A stretch of 64,000 nucleotides of DNA from Fidelibacterota bacterium (GTDB taxonomy: Bacteria > Fidelibacterota > UBA8477 > JABMPR01): NCBI GenBank assembly GCA_021734255.1, contig JAIPJM010000001.1:105434-169433 (forward strand), read 5' to 3'. Position numbers and translations under genes: made by a program. This document shows positions 48,016 to 58,412 of this stretch, piece after piece. The stretch's first letter is position 1, and every line of letters begins with the position of its first letter. The notes under the pieces are model-generated. The model was given only the letters and a program-made list of their open reading frames with translations. It was not told the origin of the DNA and searched no databases.

Positions 48016-50127
48016 TCAAGCGGTGTTACACATTTTCTCAATGTTCTTTTCTTCACCAAAGATCAGGAGTTGATCATTCGCAGTCAACGCCATGTCAGGC
48101 GTTGGAATGATGTTCTTCGACTCTTTGTTGTGACGGCGACGGACGAGCAGCACGTCTACCCCGTAAGCATTGCGGGCATTCACCGCTCTTAGCGTTTGGT
48201 TGATGAACATGGACGGTACATTGATCCTGGCAAGGTAGAACCCGGGAAGAACTTCCGTCTTTTCGTGGAAATGTTTCTGGATGTATTTCATGGATGCCGC
48301 AATAGCGCTGGCTGAATCTGCCTGGATCAGCAGGTCCTGATATTGGTTGACAATAGAATTTCGGTCCAGCTCACCGGTCAACAACTGGTTCTCGTCAACC
48401 ACAGGTAAAGCCTCCAGATCCATTTCGGTCATTCGTCTTAAGGCTTCATGAATGGGCGTTGCATCAGTGATGACTTCAACAGAGGCATTCATGATATCTT
48501 CTGCCACAACGTCTTTAGGCACATCTTCATAATGATTTAAATAGCGCCGCACGGAGGATTGTGTGATAATTCCCTTCAGAGCGCCTGACTCAGTTTTCAC
48601 ATAAATATTAGGAGCGGTAACCTTGGCCATTTTTTCCAGTAGTTCCTCCAGCGGCATGTCTCCTCTGACAGTATCTACGATACGGCGCTTCAAGGTGCTG
48701 ATCTTGATCTTATCCAGCACATTCAGGTCTGCACCCCCGTGTATGTTGATGCCACGACGCTCAAGTTTGAGGGTGTAAATACTGGAGCCTTTTAACAGGC
48801 GGGAGGCCAGTACCATGGCGATAATGCTGGAGATCATCAGGGGCAGAATGACCGAATACTCGGTGGTCAACTCAAAGATGATCAAAACTGCTGTAACGGG
48901 TGCATGGGTGGTTGCAGCCACCATTGCTGCCATACCAACCAATGCATAGGCACCGCTTGGTGCCGTAATTTCGGGGAAGAAACTATGAAAGATGATGCCA
49001 ACAGCACCCCCCAGCATGGACCCAATGAACAGAGAGGGTGCAAAAACGCCGCCTGAAGCACCAAAGCCCATGGAAAGACTGGTTGCAATGATCTTGGCAA
49101 AGACCAACAAAAGGGCCATTCCAAAGAGCATATTCCCTCCCAGGACAGCTTCCATGGTCTCATAACCAACGCCCAGTACATGGGGTAAATAGATGGCAAT
49201 GGAACCAAGTAATGCACCGCCCAGCAAGCCCTTCAAAAGAACGGGAGCCTTCCAGGCATCGAAAATGTCCTCACTTTTGTAAAGGGTGCGCACAAAGATC
49301 CAGGCAACCACACCGGTCAGTAATCCAAGCACGATATAAAAAATGATCTCCACAGGTGATTGGAGTAAATAGGTCGGCGGCTCAAAAGCGGGGAAGTCGC
49401 CATAAATTGCCCGACTGATCACGGTACCAAAAACTGAAGCAATAATAATAGGGCCAATGGCAGCAGCACTGAAATCGCCAAGAATGACCTCGGAAGCGAA
49501 GATGGCCCCAGCAATTGGTGCATTGAAAGTGGCGGCAATACCGGCAGCGGCACCACAGCCCAGAAACGTTTTCATGCGTCGGGCGGAGACCTGAAATATT
49601 TGTCCGATAGTTGATCCAAAAGCTGATCCCACCTGGACAATAGGGCCCTCACGTCCCACAGAGGCACCTGAAGCGATGGACAGGGCTGAAGCAACGGCCT
49701 TGACCACGACAATGCGCATGCGGATAAAACCATTCTGGGTGGCGACCGAATTCATGACCTCCGGAACACCGTGTCCTTTTGCTTCCGGAGCGAATCGATG
49801 AACGAACCAGGCAACCAGAGCCCCACCAACTGCGGGCGCTCCGATCTGAAGGTAAACCGGGGCTGCGATCACAAGATCGATCAGCGGCCCTTTACCCCAA
49901 AACGCCAGTCGAAAGAGGTCGATGAGCATGCGAAACAGGGACGCCAGTCCACCAGCAGCAACTCCAATGAGCATGGCCATGATGATGACAAACATCTGAT
50001 CGAAGGATTTGATCTTGAACAGGGCATTCTGAAACCAGACGTAGCGTGAGCGTCTACGCTTCAACCGCCGTCGGAGGCGACCGATCTTTTCGGTTTTCAG
50101 GGATATATCGTGATTATCCAAAAGCAC
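48016..50127 (-). CDS. ClC chloride channel/antiporter with CBS pair and TrkA-C domain
   Basis: GHGVPE, GREGP, GAAAGIAATFNAP, GGVFAPSL, IYT; CBS and RCK-C tail. Confidence 0.94.
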   Translation of the reverse strand: MLLDNHDISLKTEKIGRLRRRLKRRRSRYVWFQNALFKIKSFDQMFVIIMAMLIGVAAGGLASLFRMLIDLFRLAFWGKGPLIDLVIAAPVYLQIGAPAVGGALVAWFVHRFAPEAKGHGVPEVMNSVATQNGFIRMRIVVVKAVASALSIASGASVGREGPIVQVGSAFGSTIGQIFQVSARRMKTFLGCGAAAGIAATFNAPIAGAIFASEVILGDFSAAAIGPIIIASVFGTVISRAIYGDFPAFEPPTYLLQSPVEIIFYIVLGLLTGVVAWIFVRTLYKSEDIFDAWKAPVLLKGLLGGALLGSIAIYLPHVLGVGYETMEAVLGGNMLFGMALLLVFAKIIATSLSMGFGASGGVFAPSLFIGSMLGGAVGIIFHSFFPEITAPSGAYALVGMAAMVAATTHAPVTAVLIIFELTTEYSVILPLMISSIIAMVLASRLLKGSSIYTLKLERRGINIHGGADLNVLDKIKISTLKRRIVDTVRGDMPLEELLEKMAKVTAPNIYVKTESGALKGIITQSSVRRYLNHYEDVPKDVVAEDIMNASVEVITDATPIHEALRRMTEMDLEALPVVDENQLLTGELDRNSIVNQYQDLLIQADSASAIAASMKYIQKHFHEKTEVLPGFYLARINVPSMFINQTLRAVNARNAYGVDVLLVRRRHNKESKNIIPTPDMALTANDQLLIFGEEKNIEKMCNTA

Positions 50128-50200
50128 TCTTCCTGCAGGTCAGAGACCCGTTAATGTCGTGCTAAAATACCTGATGGATATGCGGATGCAATGACTGCCT

Positions 50201-50617
50201 TCACTCATTGAGTGAATTCGGATCAATATTAGAACGGGTTCGCTTAACGCTGGAACGAAGGGACTTTTTTTTGAGCCGCCTTTCCTTGGAAGCGCGGGTG
50301 GGTCGAGTCGGCCGTCGCTTCTTCTGGGGGGTAGATGCCTTTTCAATGATTCGCTCCAGGCGCTTGATCGCATCCAGCCGGTTTGCCTCCTGGTTCCTGA
50401 ATCGTTTGGATGTGATGACAATGACCCCGGCGCTATTGATCCGTCGGTCACTCAGCGTGAGGATCTTTTCCTTGATCAGCTCAGGTAAACTGGAGTTCTG
50501 GCTGTCAAAGCGGAGTTGGATAGCGGTTGATGCTTTATTTACATGTTGTCCACCAGGTCCGCTGGCGCGAATGGCTTTAAATTCAAGTTCACCCTCTGGT
50601 ATCTGGACGCCTGGCAT
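50201..50617 (-). CDS. arfB: alternative ribosome rescue factor B (peptidyl-tRNA hydrolase)
   Basis: RASGPGGQHVNK, basic tail RRPTRPTRASKERRLKKK. Confidence 0.95.
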   Translation of the reverse strand: MPGVQIPEGELEFKAIRASGPGGQHVNKASTAIQLRFDSQNSSLPELIKEKILTLSDRRINSAGVIVITSKRFRNQEANRLDAIKRLERIIEKASTPQKKRRPTRPTRASKERRLKKKSLRSSVKRTRSNIDPNSLNE

Positions 50618-50625
50618 TGGGTAAC

Positions 50626-51477
50626 CTAGTTGATGCTGGTACTGAGCGCCCCAAGCGCCTGTAACTCCAGCTCGATAGTATCGCCGGATTTATATGCTGA
50701 TGCTTTTTCAGCATTGATCGGTGAACCTGAGCAAAGTACATCTCCCGCCTGAACGCCGGTCTCTGATGCGATCTGAAGCATATCGGCGAACCCATGGGAC
50801 ATTTTATTGAATCGTCCCTCCTGCTGGACCTGACCATTCAGCCGCAGTTGCATATCCAGACTCAAGCCCGTCCCCAGTTTATGGCTCTCCACTTCATCAG
50901 CGGTGACCATCCAGGGCCCCAGACCGGTGACTTTTCCAATCGCCAGGCCCCCTGTCTGGCTCACATCCTGCCAGTTGTTGACTGTGCAGTATCCGGCGAT
51001 GGATGCCGGACCATTCTGCTTGTCCCTGGCGATGATGGCGGCCACTTCTCCCTGGGGTGCCAGACCATTAACGGTTAAGGCTTGCCTGTGTCCCAGGAGT
51101 GTTTGCGTATTGCCAAAAGCGAAGTGAGAGATCGGGTTTTCCCCGAAAGCATTGAAGTGTCGTAAAGACGGCGGATCGGGGATGGGGGCAAAGAAGACCA
51201 CTTCTGTCTCAGGCAGGGAAATGGGCCGCTTATACACGGACAAGCCCTCAAGTTCGACAGAGAGGAAAGCTTCCTCCAGCTCTTTCAGAAGACGATATGA
51301 CCGGCCCCAGTCTTCCAGGGCCAGCCTCATGGATGAGGCCAGATTCAGAAAGTCCTGAGCGCCTCGATCCTCTTTCATCCACAGGGATGCCCGCATCACA
51401 TCCACAACATGACCCCTGAGAAAAAAAGCCAACCGCGGCTCCATTCGCTGATCTAATCCATAAGAAAGTATCTTCAT
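50626..51477 (-). CDS. fumarylacetoacetate hydrolase family protein (divergent)
   Basis: APIPDPPSLR, GEVAAII, GYCTVN, LGPWMVTADE, GDVLCSGSP. Confidence 0.75.
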   Translation of the reverse strand: MKILSYGLDQRMEPRLAFFLRGHVVDVMRASLWMKEDRGAQDFLNLASSMRLALEDWGRSYRLLKELEEAFLSVELEGLSVYKRPISLPETEVVFFAPIPDPPSLRHFNAFGENPISHFAFGNTQTLLGHRQALTVNGLAPQGEVAAIIARDKQNGPASIAGYCTVNNWQDVSQTGGLAIGKVTGLGPWMVTADEVESHKLGTGLSLDMQLRLNGQVQQEGRFNKMSHGFADMLQIASETGVQAGDVLCSGSPINAEKASAYKSGDTIELELQALGALSTSIN

Positions 51478-51650
51478 AAACGCGTCCTATCTCCAATAAT
51501 GAACACAAAGATAAGCAGCTTTAGTAAAAAAAGAGCATGGAAATAGCGGATCGAATCCCCGTGGATGTGCGTTATAGGTCACAGTATTCAACAGATACAG
51601 GCCTATATTCTAGGGAACATCGTGCCCAGGGCCGTGTTTGGATGTATCAG

Positions 51651-52256
51651 ATGAAACGAACGAAAAACATAATGAGCGCCCTTTTACTCCTGCTTATCTC
51701 AGTCGGACTAAATGGACAATCTCAGGTCTTGAGAGTCGACACTGAGAACAGTATCATCGAATGGATGGGCAGTAAGGTAACCGGTCGACATACAGGTGTC
51801 ATTGACCTCCAGGAAGGCCTTGTCGAATTTGAAAATGACCGGATAACCGGTGGTCGCTTCACTTTTGACATGAGAAGCATTGAGAATACGGATATGCCCC
51901 CGGGTGAGCGGAGACAGAAACTGGAGACACATTTAAAAGCAGCTGACTTCTTTGATGTCGCCAAGTATCCCACCGCTGTATTTCGAGTGATCTCAGCCAC
52001 GCCATCCAGACTTGGGCTTCCCGGCGAAACGATCTATCAGATCAGTGGTGATCTTACCATAAAAGGGATCACCCACGTGGTCAACTTTGAAGCTATTGTC
52101 AACCTCACTGACAAAATGGCAACGGCCAAAGGGGATATCGTTGTCGATAGAACCCGCTACAATATGAAGTATCGCTCCGGGAGTGTTTTCGATGGCCTGG
52201 GGGACCGAATGATCCATGATGATTTCAAGGTGAGTTTCAATCTGACCACGAAGTAA
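51651..52256 (+). CDS. YceI family protein
   Basis: Signal peptide; SIIEWMGSKVTGRH, HLKAADFFDVAKYP, GDLTIKGIT, DRT. Confidence 0.92.
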   Translation: MKRTKNIMSALLLLLISVGLNGQSQVLRVDTENSIIEWMGSKVTGRHTGVIDLQEGLVEFENDRITGGRFTFDMRSIENTDMPPGERRQKLETHLKAADFFDVAKYPTAVFRVISATPSRLGLPGETIYQISGDLTIKGITHVVNFEAIVNLTDKMATAKGDIVVDRTRYNMKYRSGSVFDGLGDRMIHDDFKVSFNLTTK

Positions 52257-52292
52257 GCCCTTCTATCAAAACCATTTAGTAAGTTCTGGTTG

Positions 52293-52318
52293 GTAGTGGC
52301 GTTGCATGCAACGCCACT
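52293..52318. repeat. GTAG-type REP palindrome
   Basis: Perfect 24-bp palindrome AGTGGCGTTGCATGCAACGCCACT (52295-52318) starting within GTAG. Confidence 0.7.
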
Positions 52319-52398
52319 GTCTATGTGCCACCCCCGCCATCTATTGATTGAGACGCCTGGTCTTGCATTCAAATTGACCAGCATTAAATTGATTTTAC

Positions 52399-54477
52399 AT
52401 GAAGCTGAATGCGGATATCCTCTCCCTGAAATACATGGGCTCAAAAAAAGCAGAGGTGCTTAACGAAACAGGCATCTTTACGATCGCAGACCTGCTCGAG
52501 CACTATCCCCGCCGCTACCTGGATCGATCCACCATCAGCTATACCACCGATCTGCAAAAAGACATGCAGGCCACCGTTGTGGGCAAGGTGACCGGTACGC
52601 AGATGCGCCGTGGCCGGAGACGGGCTTATTTCGAGATGGTGGTGGCCGATGAACGCGGCTTTTTGAAATGCCGTTGGTTCAATGGCGCCAAATGGATACA
52701 GAAACGCTTCAAGAAAGGCGATCTGGTTGCCGTCAGCGGCAAGGTCGATTTTTTCGGCGGTTTCCAGATGGTGCATCCAGACTTTGATCTGCTTTCAGAG
52801 GATGGCAGTAATCCCATCAACACTGGCATCGTTGTTCCCCTCTACCCCTCTGGACAAAAATTACAATCAGCCGGCTTAGACAGCCGCGGTTTTCGCAGGC
52901 TTATGAAGCCTCTGATCGAGTCCTTGAACGGGAAGATCCAGGAATTTTTGCCACAAGCCATTCTGGAGGGACAAAAACTTATCGGGCTGGAACAGGCCTT
53001 TAGGAACATTCACTTTCCGGAAAACCTGGATGAACTGAAACAAGCCCGACGCCGGATGAAGTTCAACGAACTCTTCTTTATGCAGCTCCTGCTGGCAATT
53101 CGCCGTCAGGGCAAGGAAGAGACGGTAAAGGCAAATCGTTACACCGGTTATGGCGACTACCTCACCTCCCAGTATGGAAAACTACCTTTTGAGCTCACCG
53201 ATGCCCAGAAACGCGTCATGGGTGAGATCTGGGATGACCTCAGGTCAAGCCACCCCATGAACCGACTCCTCCAGGGAGACGTGGGGTCTGGAAAGACGGT
53301 CATCAGCCTGCTGTCCGCCGCCATCGCGGCCGGAAACGGCTATCAGTCCGCCATCATGGCGCCCACAGAGATCCTGGCAGAACAGCACTTTAAAAATGCA
53401 GTAAGATTCTTTGAGGGAACGCCTCTCAGGGTGACCCTGCTGACCGGGTCACAGACGGCGGCTCAAAAGCGTGAGCTTTACAAGGCGATCCGGGAAGGCT
53501 ATTACCATGTGATCATCGGAACCCACGCCTTGATCCAGGGAAAAGTGAAATTTGAAAAACTCCAGCTGGTGGTCATTGATGAGCAGCATCGCTTTGGTGT
53601 CCTGCAGCGGGGTGAACTCCTGGAGAAAGCGGGAGAAGCAGATGTTCTGGTGATGACAGCCACGCCCATTCCGCGGACATTATCCATGACCATCTACGGC
53701 GATCTGGCCGTATCCATTATTGATGAATTACCGGCTGGCAGGCAGAAGATCCTGACGCGCAAGGTAGATGTCCACACCCTGCCTAAGGTCTACGATTTTA
53801 TCAGGGATGAGCTGAAAGTTGGTCGTCAAGCTTTTGTGGTCTATCCCCTCATCGAGGAATCAGAAAAGATCGACCTGGAGGCCGCCACCCAGGGATTTGA
53901 AAAACTGGCGGTCCATTTCAAGGGATATAAGACCGCGCTGCTCCATGGCCGTATGAAATCAGAGGAAAAAGATGGGATCATGCAGGCCTTCTCCCGGAAT
54001 GAGATCCAGGTACTGGTCAGCACCACCGTCATCGAGGTCGGTATCGATATCCCCAACGCCACCATCATGCTCATCGAGAACGCGGAGCGCTTTGGACTGG
54101 CACAACTCCATCAATTGAGAGGCCGGATCGGTCGTGGTGAGCATCGAGGGGTCTGTGTGCTGGTGCACCGTAAACCAAACGAAGATTCTCTGGACCGGTT
54201 GAATATTATGGTGGAAACGCGAGATGGTTTTAAAATAGCAGAGGAAGATCTGAGGATCCGAGGAGCAGGCGACATCTTTGGCACGCGCCAATCCGGGCTC
54301 CCGGCCTTGAAGATCGCCAATATTCTTTATGACGGTGATATATTGAAACAGGCCAGACAGACAGCATTTGACTTAGCCAAGGCTGACCCCCATCTTAGGA
54401 AGAGCGATCACAAAAATATTCGTGCGGTCATTCTGGATAAATATGCTGAGCTTTCCACGCTGGCCGGTATTGGATAA
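52399..54477 (+). CDS. recG: ATP-dependent DNA helicase RecG
   Basis: RLLQGDVGSGKT, DEQHRFG, MTATPIPRT, QLHQLRGRIGRG, EDLRIRG. Confidence 0.98.
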   Translation: MKLNADILSLKYMGSKKAEVLNETGIFTIADLLEHYPRRYLDRSTISYTTDLQKDMQATVVGKVTGTQMRRGRRRAYFEMVVADERGFLKCRWFNGAKWIQKRFKKGDLVAVSGKVDFFGGFQMVHPDFDLLSEDGSNPINTGIVVPLYPSGQKLQSAGLDSRGFRRLMKPLIESLNGKIQEFLPQAILEGQKLIGLEQAFRNIHFPENLDELKQARRRMKFNELFFMQLLLAIRRQGKEETVKANRYTGYGDYLTSQYGKLPFELTDAQKRVMGEIWDDLRSSHPMNRLLQGDVGSGKTVISLLSAAIAAGNGYQSAIMAPTEILAEQHFKNAVRFFEGTPLRVTLLTGSQTAAQKRELYKAIREGYYHVIIGTHALIQGKVKFEKLQLVVIDEQHRFGVLQRGELLEKAGEADVLVMTATPIPRTLSMTIYGDLAVSIIDELPAGRQKILTRKVDVHTLPKVYDFIRDELKVGRQAFVVYPLIEESEKIDLEAATQGFEKLAVHFKGYKTALLHGRMKSEEKDGIMQAFSRNEIQVLVSTTVIEVGIDIPNATIMLIENAERFGLAQLHQLRGRIGRGEHRGVCVLVHRKPNEDSLDRLNIMVETRDGFKIAEEDLRIRGAGDIFGTRQSGLPALKIANILYDGDILKQARQTAFDLAKADPHLRKSDHKNIRAVILDKYAELSTLAGIG

Positions 54478-54486
54478 GGGGTTAGG

Positions 54487-54878
54487 ATGAGCAGGTTTGA
54501 ATGGACAGAAGCGCTGGAGATCGACAAGGGGCAGATCGATGCGGACCACAAAAAACTGATCGAGATCGCTAATGAGATGGCCTGTCTTGACGATCTGGAA
54601 AATCAGGGTGAAGAATTGCGTCGCTCGATCCGCAAGCTCTACGAATATGTGAAAAACCATTTCACCAGGGAAGAAGCCTTCATGCTGGCTTTGGACTATC
54701 CAGGTAAGCAGAGCACAAGGATAAACATGCGGAGATCGTTAGGGGAATGAATGAGACCCTGAACAGTTCACACCACCTCATGGAGATACGCAACAAATTT
54801 TGCGAGTTAATGGATCACTGGGTCCTGGTTCATATCAGTCAGGAAGATAAGCGGATCCAGCGCTTCCTTTATCACTAG
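54487..54878 (+). pseudogene. bacteriohemerythrin, frameshifted at about 54706
   Basis: First frame: W...IDADH, HFTREE; -1 frame continues AEHKDKH...HWVLVHISQED to TAG 54876-78, giving the complete hemerythrin ligand set. Confidence 0.82.
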
Positions 54879-54899
54879 CCCATCAGAGGATTTACACCC

Positions 54900-55685
54900 A
54901 TGCACCAATTAGAGCTTGGATCAGCTCTGGAAACCGAGCTGAAGACATTGAATTGCCATGTCATCACAGCCGAGGATACAGACAATTTTGTGGATAAGGC
55001 TGACACGGTCAGTATTCCTTCCTGGCCCGAGTTCATGATGCATGATACGGTGGCTAATAAATACTGGAGCCGCATGCATCAGAAGCACCCGCAGTTTCAG
55101 TTTGCCCTGGTGGAGAATGATTCTGGTCGCTGGAGAGCTGTTGGTAACAGCATTCCGGTCTCCTGGCAGGGTAGCCTGGATGAGCTACCTGATGAGGGTT
55201 GGGACTGGGCCATGACCTCCGGTATGATGGACAGCAACTGGAATATGCTTTCAGCTATCGCCATTCAGATCCACCCGGACTTCAGGGGAAAACGGCTCAG
55301 CTCGCTGATGATCAGGATCATGAAGGCTATCGGAAAGGAAGCCGGTTTTTCCGATCTCATCGCGCCAGTGCGGCCTAACCTGAAACACGAGAACCCGGCC
55401 ATGAATATGGAGCTTTATGTCGATTGGCGGGACGAGGGGATATTGCATGACCCCTGGTTGCGTGTGCATGAAAAAATGGGAGCGAGACTCATCAAGGTCT
55501 GCCACCAGGCCATGCACATTGTTGGGACAGTCAAGGAGTGGAAAGAATGGACAGGAATGACCTTTCCTGCTACAGGGCCCTATATTATCAAAGGCGCCCT
55601 GGTACCGGTAAATATTGATATCGAAAAGGATTCTGGCGTTTATGTTGAACCTAACGTCTGGATGGCACACAAAATTAACGAATAG
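54900..55685 (+). CDS. GNAT-like N-acetyltransferase
   Basis: WPEFM.HD, IHPDFRGKRLS acetyl-CoA motif, APVRP, DPWLRVH, YVEPNVW. Confidence 0.8.
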   Translation: MHQLELGSALETELKTLNCHVITAEDTDNFVDKADTVSIPSWPEFMMHDTVANKYWSRMHQKHPQFQFALVENDSGRWRAVGNSIPVSWQGSLDELPDEGWDWAMTSGMMDSNWNMLSAIAIQIHPDFRGKRLSSLMIRIMKAIGKEAGFSDLIAPVRPNLKHENPAMNMELYVDWRDEGILHDPWLRVHEKMGARLIKVCHQAMHIVGTVKEWKEWTGMTFPATGPYIIKGALVPVNIDIEKDSGVYVEPNVWMAHKINE

Positions 55686-55699
55686 CGCTGGATGACTTC

Positions 55700-56443
55700 A
55701 TGATAAAACTGAATGCTCTGACCAAGGAGTTCGAAACCACGGTCGCCGTCAAAAACCTGTCCCTGGAGATCGAAAAAGGAGAGCTGTTTTCCTTTCTGGG
55801 TCCCAACGGCGCCGGCAAGACCACGACCATCAAAATGATGGTGGGACTTATGACCCCTACAGCCGGATCGTTGGAAATGGGTGGTTTCAACATGGACACC
55901 GATCCGCAGAAAGCCAAGGAACTCATCGGTTATGTGCCGGATGCAGCATTTTTGTATCAGCACCTGACCGGAATTGAACTGCTGATGATGGTTGGTCAAC
56001 TGTACTCCATGGATAATGCAGCCATTCAGACAGAGTTGGAGATCCTCTCCGAGCACTTGTTTATGACAGAATGGATCGAAGAACGTATCTCGGGTTACTC
56101 CCGGGGGATGAAACAACGCCTGGCTTTCTCTGCCGCCTTCCTGCACCATCCTGAGATCCTGGTCATCGATGAACCCATGGTCGGCCTGGACCCGAAAACT
56201 GGCAGGATAATCAAGGACATGCTGAAGGAAAAACGAGACGCTGGTATCACCATTTTCGTTTCCACCCACAACCTGAATGTGGCCGAAGAACTGTCAGATC
56301 GCATTGCCATTATTAACCGGGGTAAACTTCTGGGGGTAGGTACTGTGGATTCCTTCCAGTCTGTTTCAGGAAAAGCAGAAAACCTGGAAGAACGCTTCCT
56401 GCGTATTGTGGAGGAAGAAGAAAACACCGGGTCTGACCACTAA
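55700..56443 (+). CDS. ABC transporter ATP-binding protein
   Basis: GPNGAGKTT, YSRGMKQR, IDEPMVGLDP, STH. Confidence 0.96.
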   Translation: MIKLNALTKEFETTVAVKNLSLEIEKGELFSFLGPNGAGKTTTIKMMVGLMTPTAGSLEMGGFNMDTDPQKAKELIGYVPDAAFLYQHLTGIELLMMVGQLYSMDNAAIQTELEILSEHLFMTEWIEERISGYSRGMKQRLAFSAAFLHHPEILVIDEPMVGLDPKTGRIIKDMLKEKRDAGITIFVSTHNLNVAEELSDRIAIINRGKLLGVGTVDSFQSVSGKAENLEERFLRIVEEEENTGSDH

Positions 56444-56470
56444 TGCGCCTCACTCTTAACAAACAACCCT

Positions 56471-56554
56471 TTGTCATCCTGAGCCAGAGGCGAAGGATCT
56501 TGAACCATATTTCGAAACAGGGATCAAGATTCTTCACTACGTTCAGAATGACAA
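56471..56554. repeat. REP-like palindromic element, family A
   Basis: TTGTCATCCTGAGC..GAAGGATCTTGA..TCAAGATTCTTC..TTCAGAATGACAA. Confidence 0.82.
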
Positions 56555-56586
56555 ACACTTGTTAAAATTAGCAGGGAGAGTCCACC

Positions 56587-58263
56587 ATCGTTTCTCAGCA
56601 AGCACAGTTATTATTTCGCGTCAAGCGCCAGAACCTGAGAGGGTTTCTTTCCGACGTCTTTAAAAAGAAGCGCCTGGAGATCCTGGTCTCCACCCTCATC
56701 GTGACCGGACTCATTCTGGGTGGCTATCGCCTGCTGATCTCCGGCGGCGAGTTTCTGCTGCGGCAGGGAGAACTGGGTGAGGTCTTTCTGGATCGGATGT
56801 TTTATCTGGGCTGGTCCATTATTTTCTATCTGCTGGTCCTCTCCAACCTGATTACCGGTTTTTCTACTTTTTACCGCTCACCTGAAGTGGCTTTTCTTTT
56901 CACTCTGCCGGTGGAAACTGCGCAGATATTCAAAGTGAAATTCACAGAGAATCTGGTCTATAGTTCCTGGGCCATCCTCATTCTGGGGATTCCCATGACC
57001 CTGGCCTATGGGGAATTACAGGGCCTGTCCGCTCTGGCGTACATCACCGTCTTTATTACCGGTATTCTGCCCTTCCTTTTTATTGCCACCGTGACGGCAT
57101 CCCTGCTGTTGGTCCTGCTGGTCAACCTGTCCCGCTTCTTCAAGATGCGCACCCTGTTTATCAGTCTTGGGTTGATCTTCACTGGCGCCTTCTACCTCTA
57201 CTTCACCGTCAGTCAGCAAGACACAGTGGTGGGCGGTCAACTGGGTAACTTCAGGGCCCTGGGCCGCTATATGGCCAATTTGTCCAGCACACCCTTCCCC
57301 TTTATTCCCAGCTACTGGCTGAGCAAACTATTTCTGGATTCTGAAACGCTCCAGTGGCTGGAACGGCTTTACTTTTCAGCCCTCTTCATCACCACGGCCC
57401 TGGTGGGCTGGGAGGTATCCCTGGGGGTTGCCAGGATGCACTATTTCACCTCTTATCAGATCATGGAGCGAACCGGTGGCGGCGCTATTAAAAAGGGTAT
57501 GAATCGCATCTTTACACTTCCCCTGATGGGCTTGCAGCGGCCGATGCAGGGGTTGCTTGCCAAGGATTTTGTTCAGTTTCTAAGAACGCCGCAGCAATGG
57601 GTGCAGTTTCTGCTCATGGGTTTTTTCATTAGCATCTATCTGATCAACCTGTCCAGGGGGCGCGTCCATTTTCATGACCTGTTGCCTATATGGCAGAACG
57701 CCATCTACGTGTTCAACTTTGGCTTCACCGGGTTCATCATGGCTGCTCTGACGGCCCGCTTCGTTTATCCCATGGTCAGTATGGAGGGCCGCAGTCTATG
57801 GATCCTGCGAGCTGCACCCTTTTCCATGCGTCAGGTCTTCCAGGAGAAATTCTGGTTTGCATTTTTCAGCCTGTTCACCCTGGCCGAGATCGTGGTCATG
57901 GTTTCCAATTATTTTCTGGGACTTCAAGCGGAGATCGCCGTGATCGCCAGCGGGTTCATGCTTATGACAAGCTTGTCGCTGATCAGTTTATCTCTGGGAC
58001 TGGGGGCGGTCTATGCGCAATTCGACGAACCCAACCCCATGAAGGTGAGCAGCGGTTATGGTGGAATCATTGCCATCGTACTCAGTCTTATTTATGTTTC
58101 ATTTTCCGTCCTGTCGCTGGTGTTTGTGATTCGCCTGTACCAGGGAGATGGAAGTGGCTGGCTTATCGGCGTCACGGTTGCCTTTGTGGTGATCTTGACC
58201 TTCCTGTATACCTGGTTGCCCCTGCGCTGGGGTTTGCGATCGCTTGCCACTTACGAACCGTAA
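56587..58263 (+). CDS. putative ABC exporter permease (ABC-2 type), start uncertain (ATC 56587 or GTG 56701)
   Basis: About 12 TMs, SPEVAFLFTLP, KDFVQFLR, SMEGRSLWILRAAP motifs; frame open from 56572 with RBS AGGGAG before ATC. Confidence 0.85.
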   Translation: MVSQQAQLLFRVKRQNLRGFLSDVFKKKRLEILVSTLIVTGLILGGYRLLISGGEFLLRQGELGEVFLDRMFYLGWSIIFYLLVLSNLITGFSTFYRSPEVAFLFTLPVETAQIFKVKFTENLVYSSWAILILGIPMTLAYGELQGLSALAYITVFITGILPFLFIATVTASLLLVLLVNLSRFFKMRTLFISLGLIFTGAFYLYFTVSQQDTVVGGQLGNFRALGRYMANLSSTPFPFIPSYWLSKLFLDSETLQWLERLYFSALFITTALVGWEVSLGVARMHYFTSYQIMERTGGGAIKKGMNRIFTLPLMGLQRPMQGLLAKDFVQFLRTPQQWVQFLLMGFFISIYLINLSRGRVHFHDLLPIWQNAIYVFNFGFTGFIMAALTARFVYPMVSMEGRSLWILRAAPFSMRQVFQEKFWFAFFSLFTLAEIVVMVSNYFLGLQAEIAVIASGFMLMTSLSLISLSLGLGAVYAQFDEPNPMKVSSGYGGIIAIVLSLIYVSFSVLSLVFVIRLYQGDGSGWLIGVTVAFVVILTFLYTWLPLRWGLRSLATYEP

Positions 58264-58297
58264 TCGGAGTAAAAAGTTAAAAATGAAAAAGTCGAGA

Positions 58298-58326
58298 TTG
58301 TCATCCTGAGCCTGTCGAAGGATCTT
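58298..58326. repeat. half copy of REP family A
   Basis: TTGTCATCCTGAGCCTGTCGAAGGATCTT. Confidence 0.65.
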
Positions 58327-58412
58327 TATCCAAGCCTGAAAGAAGCAGGCTGAGCTGAGGGGCTGTTTTATGAAAGCGGGAAAGAAAATTGAGCAAGTAA
58401 AAAGGATATAAA

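Noticed and set aside
56313-56558. 81-aa minus-strand ORF MFVILNVVKNL...
   Set aside because: Translation of the REP family A element plus antisense ABC gene
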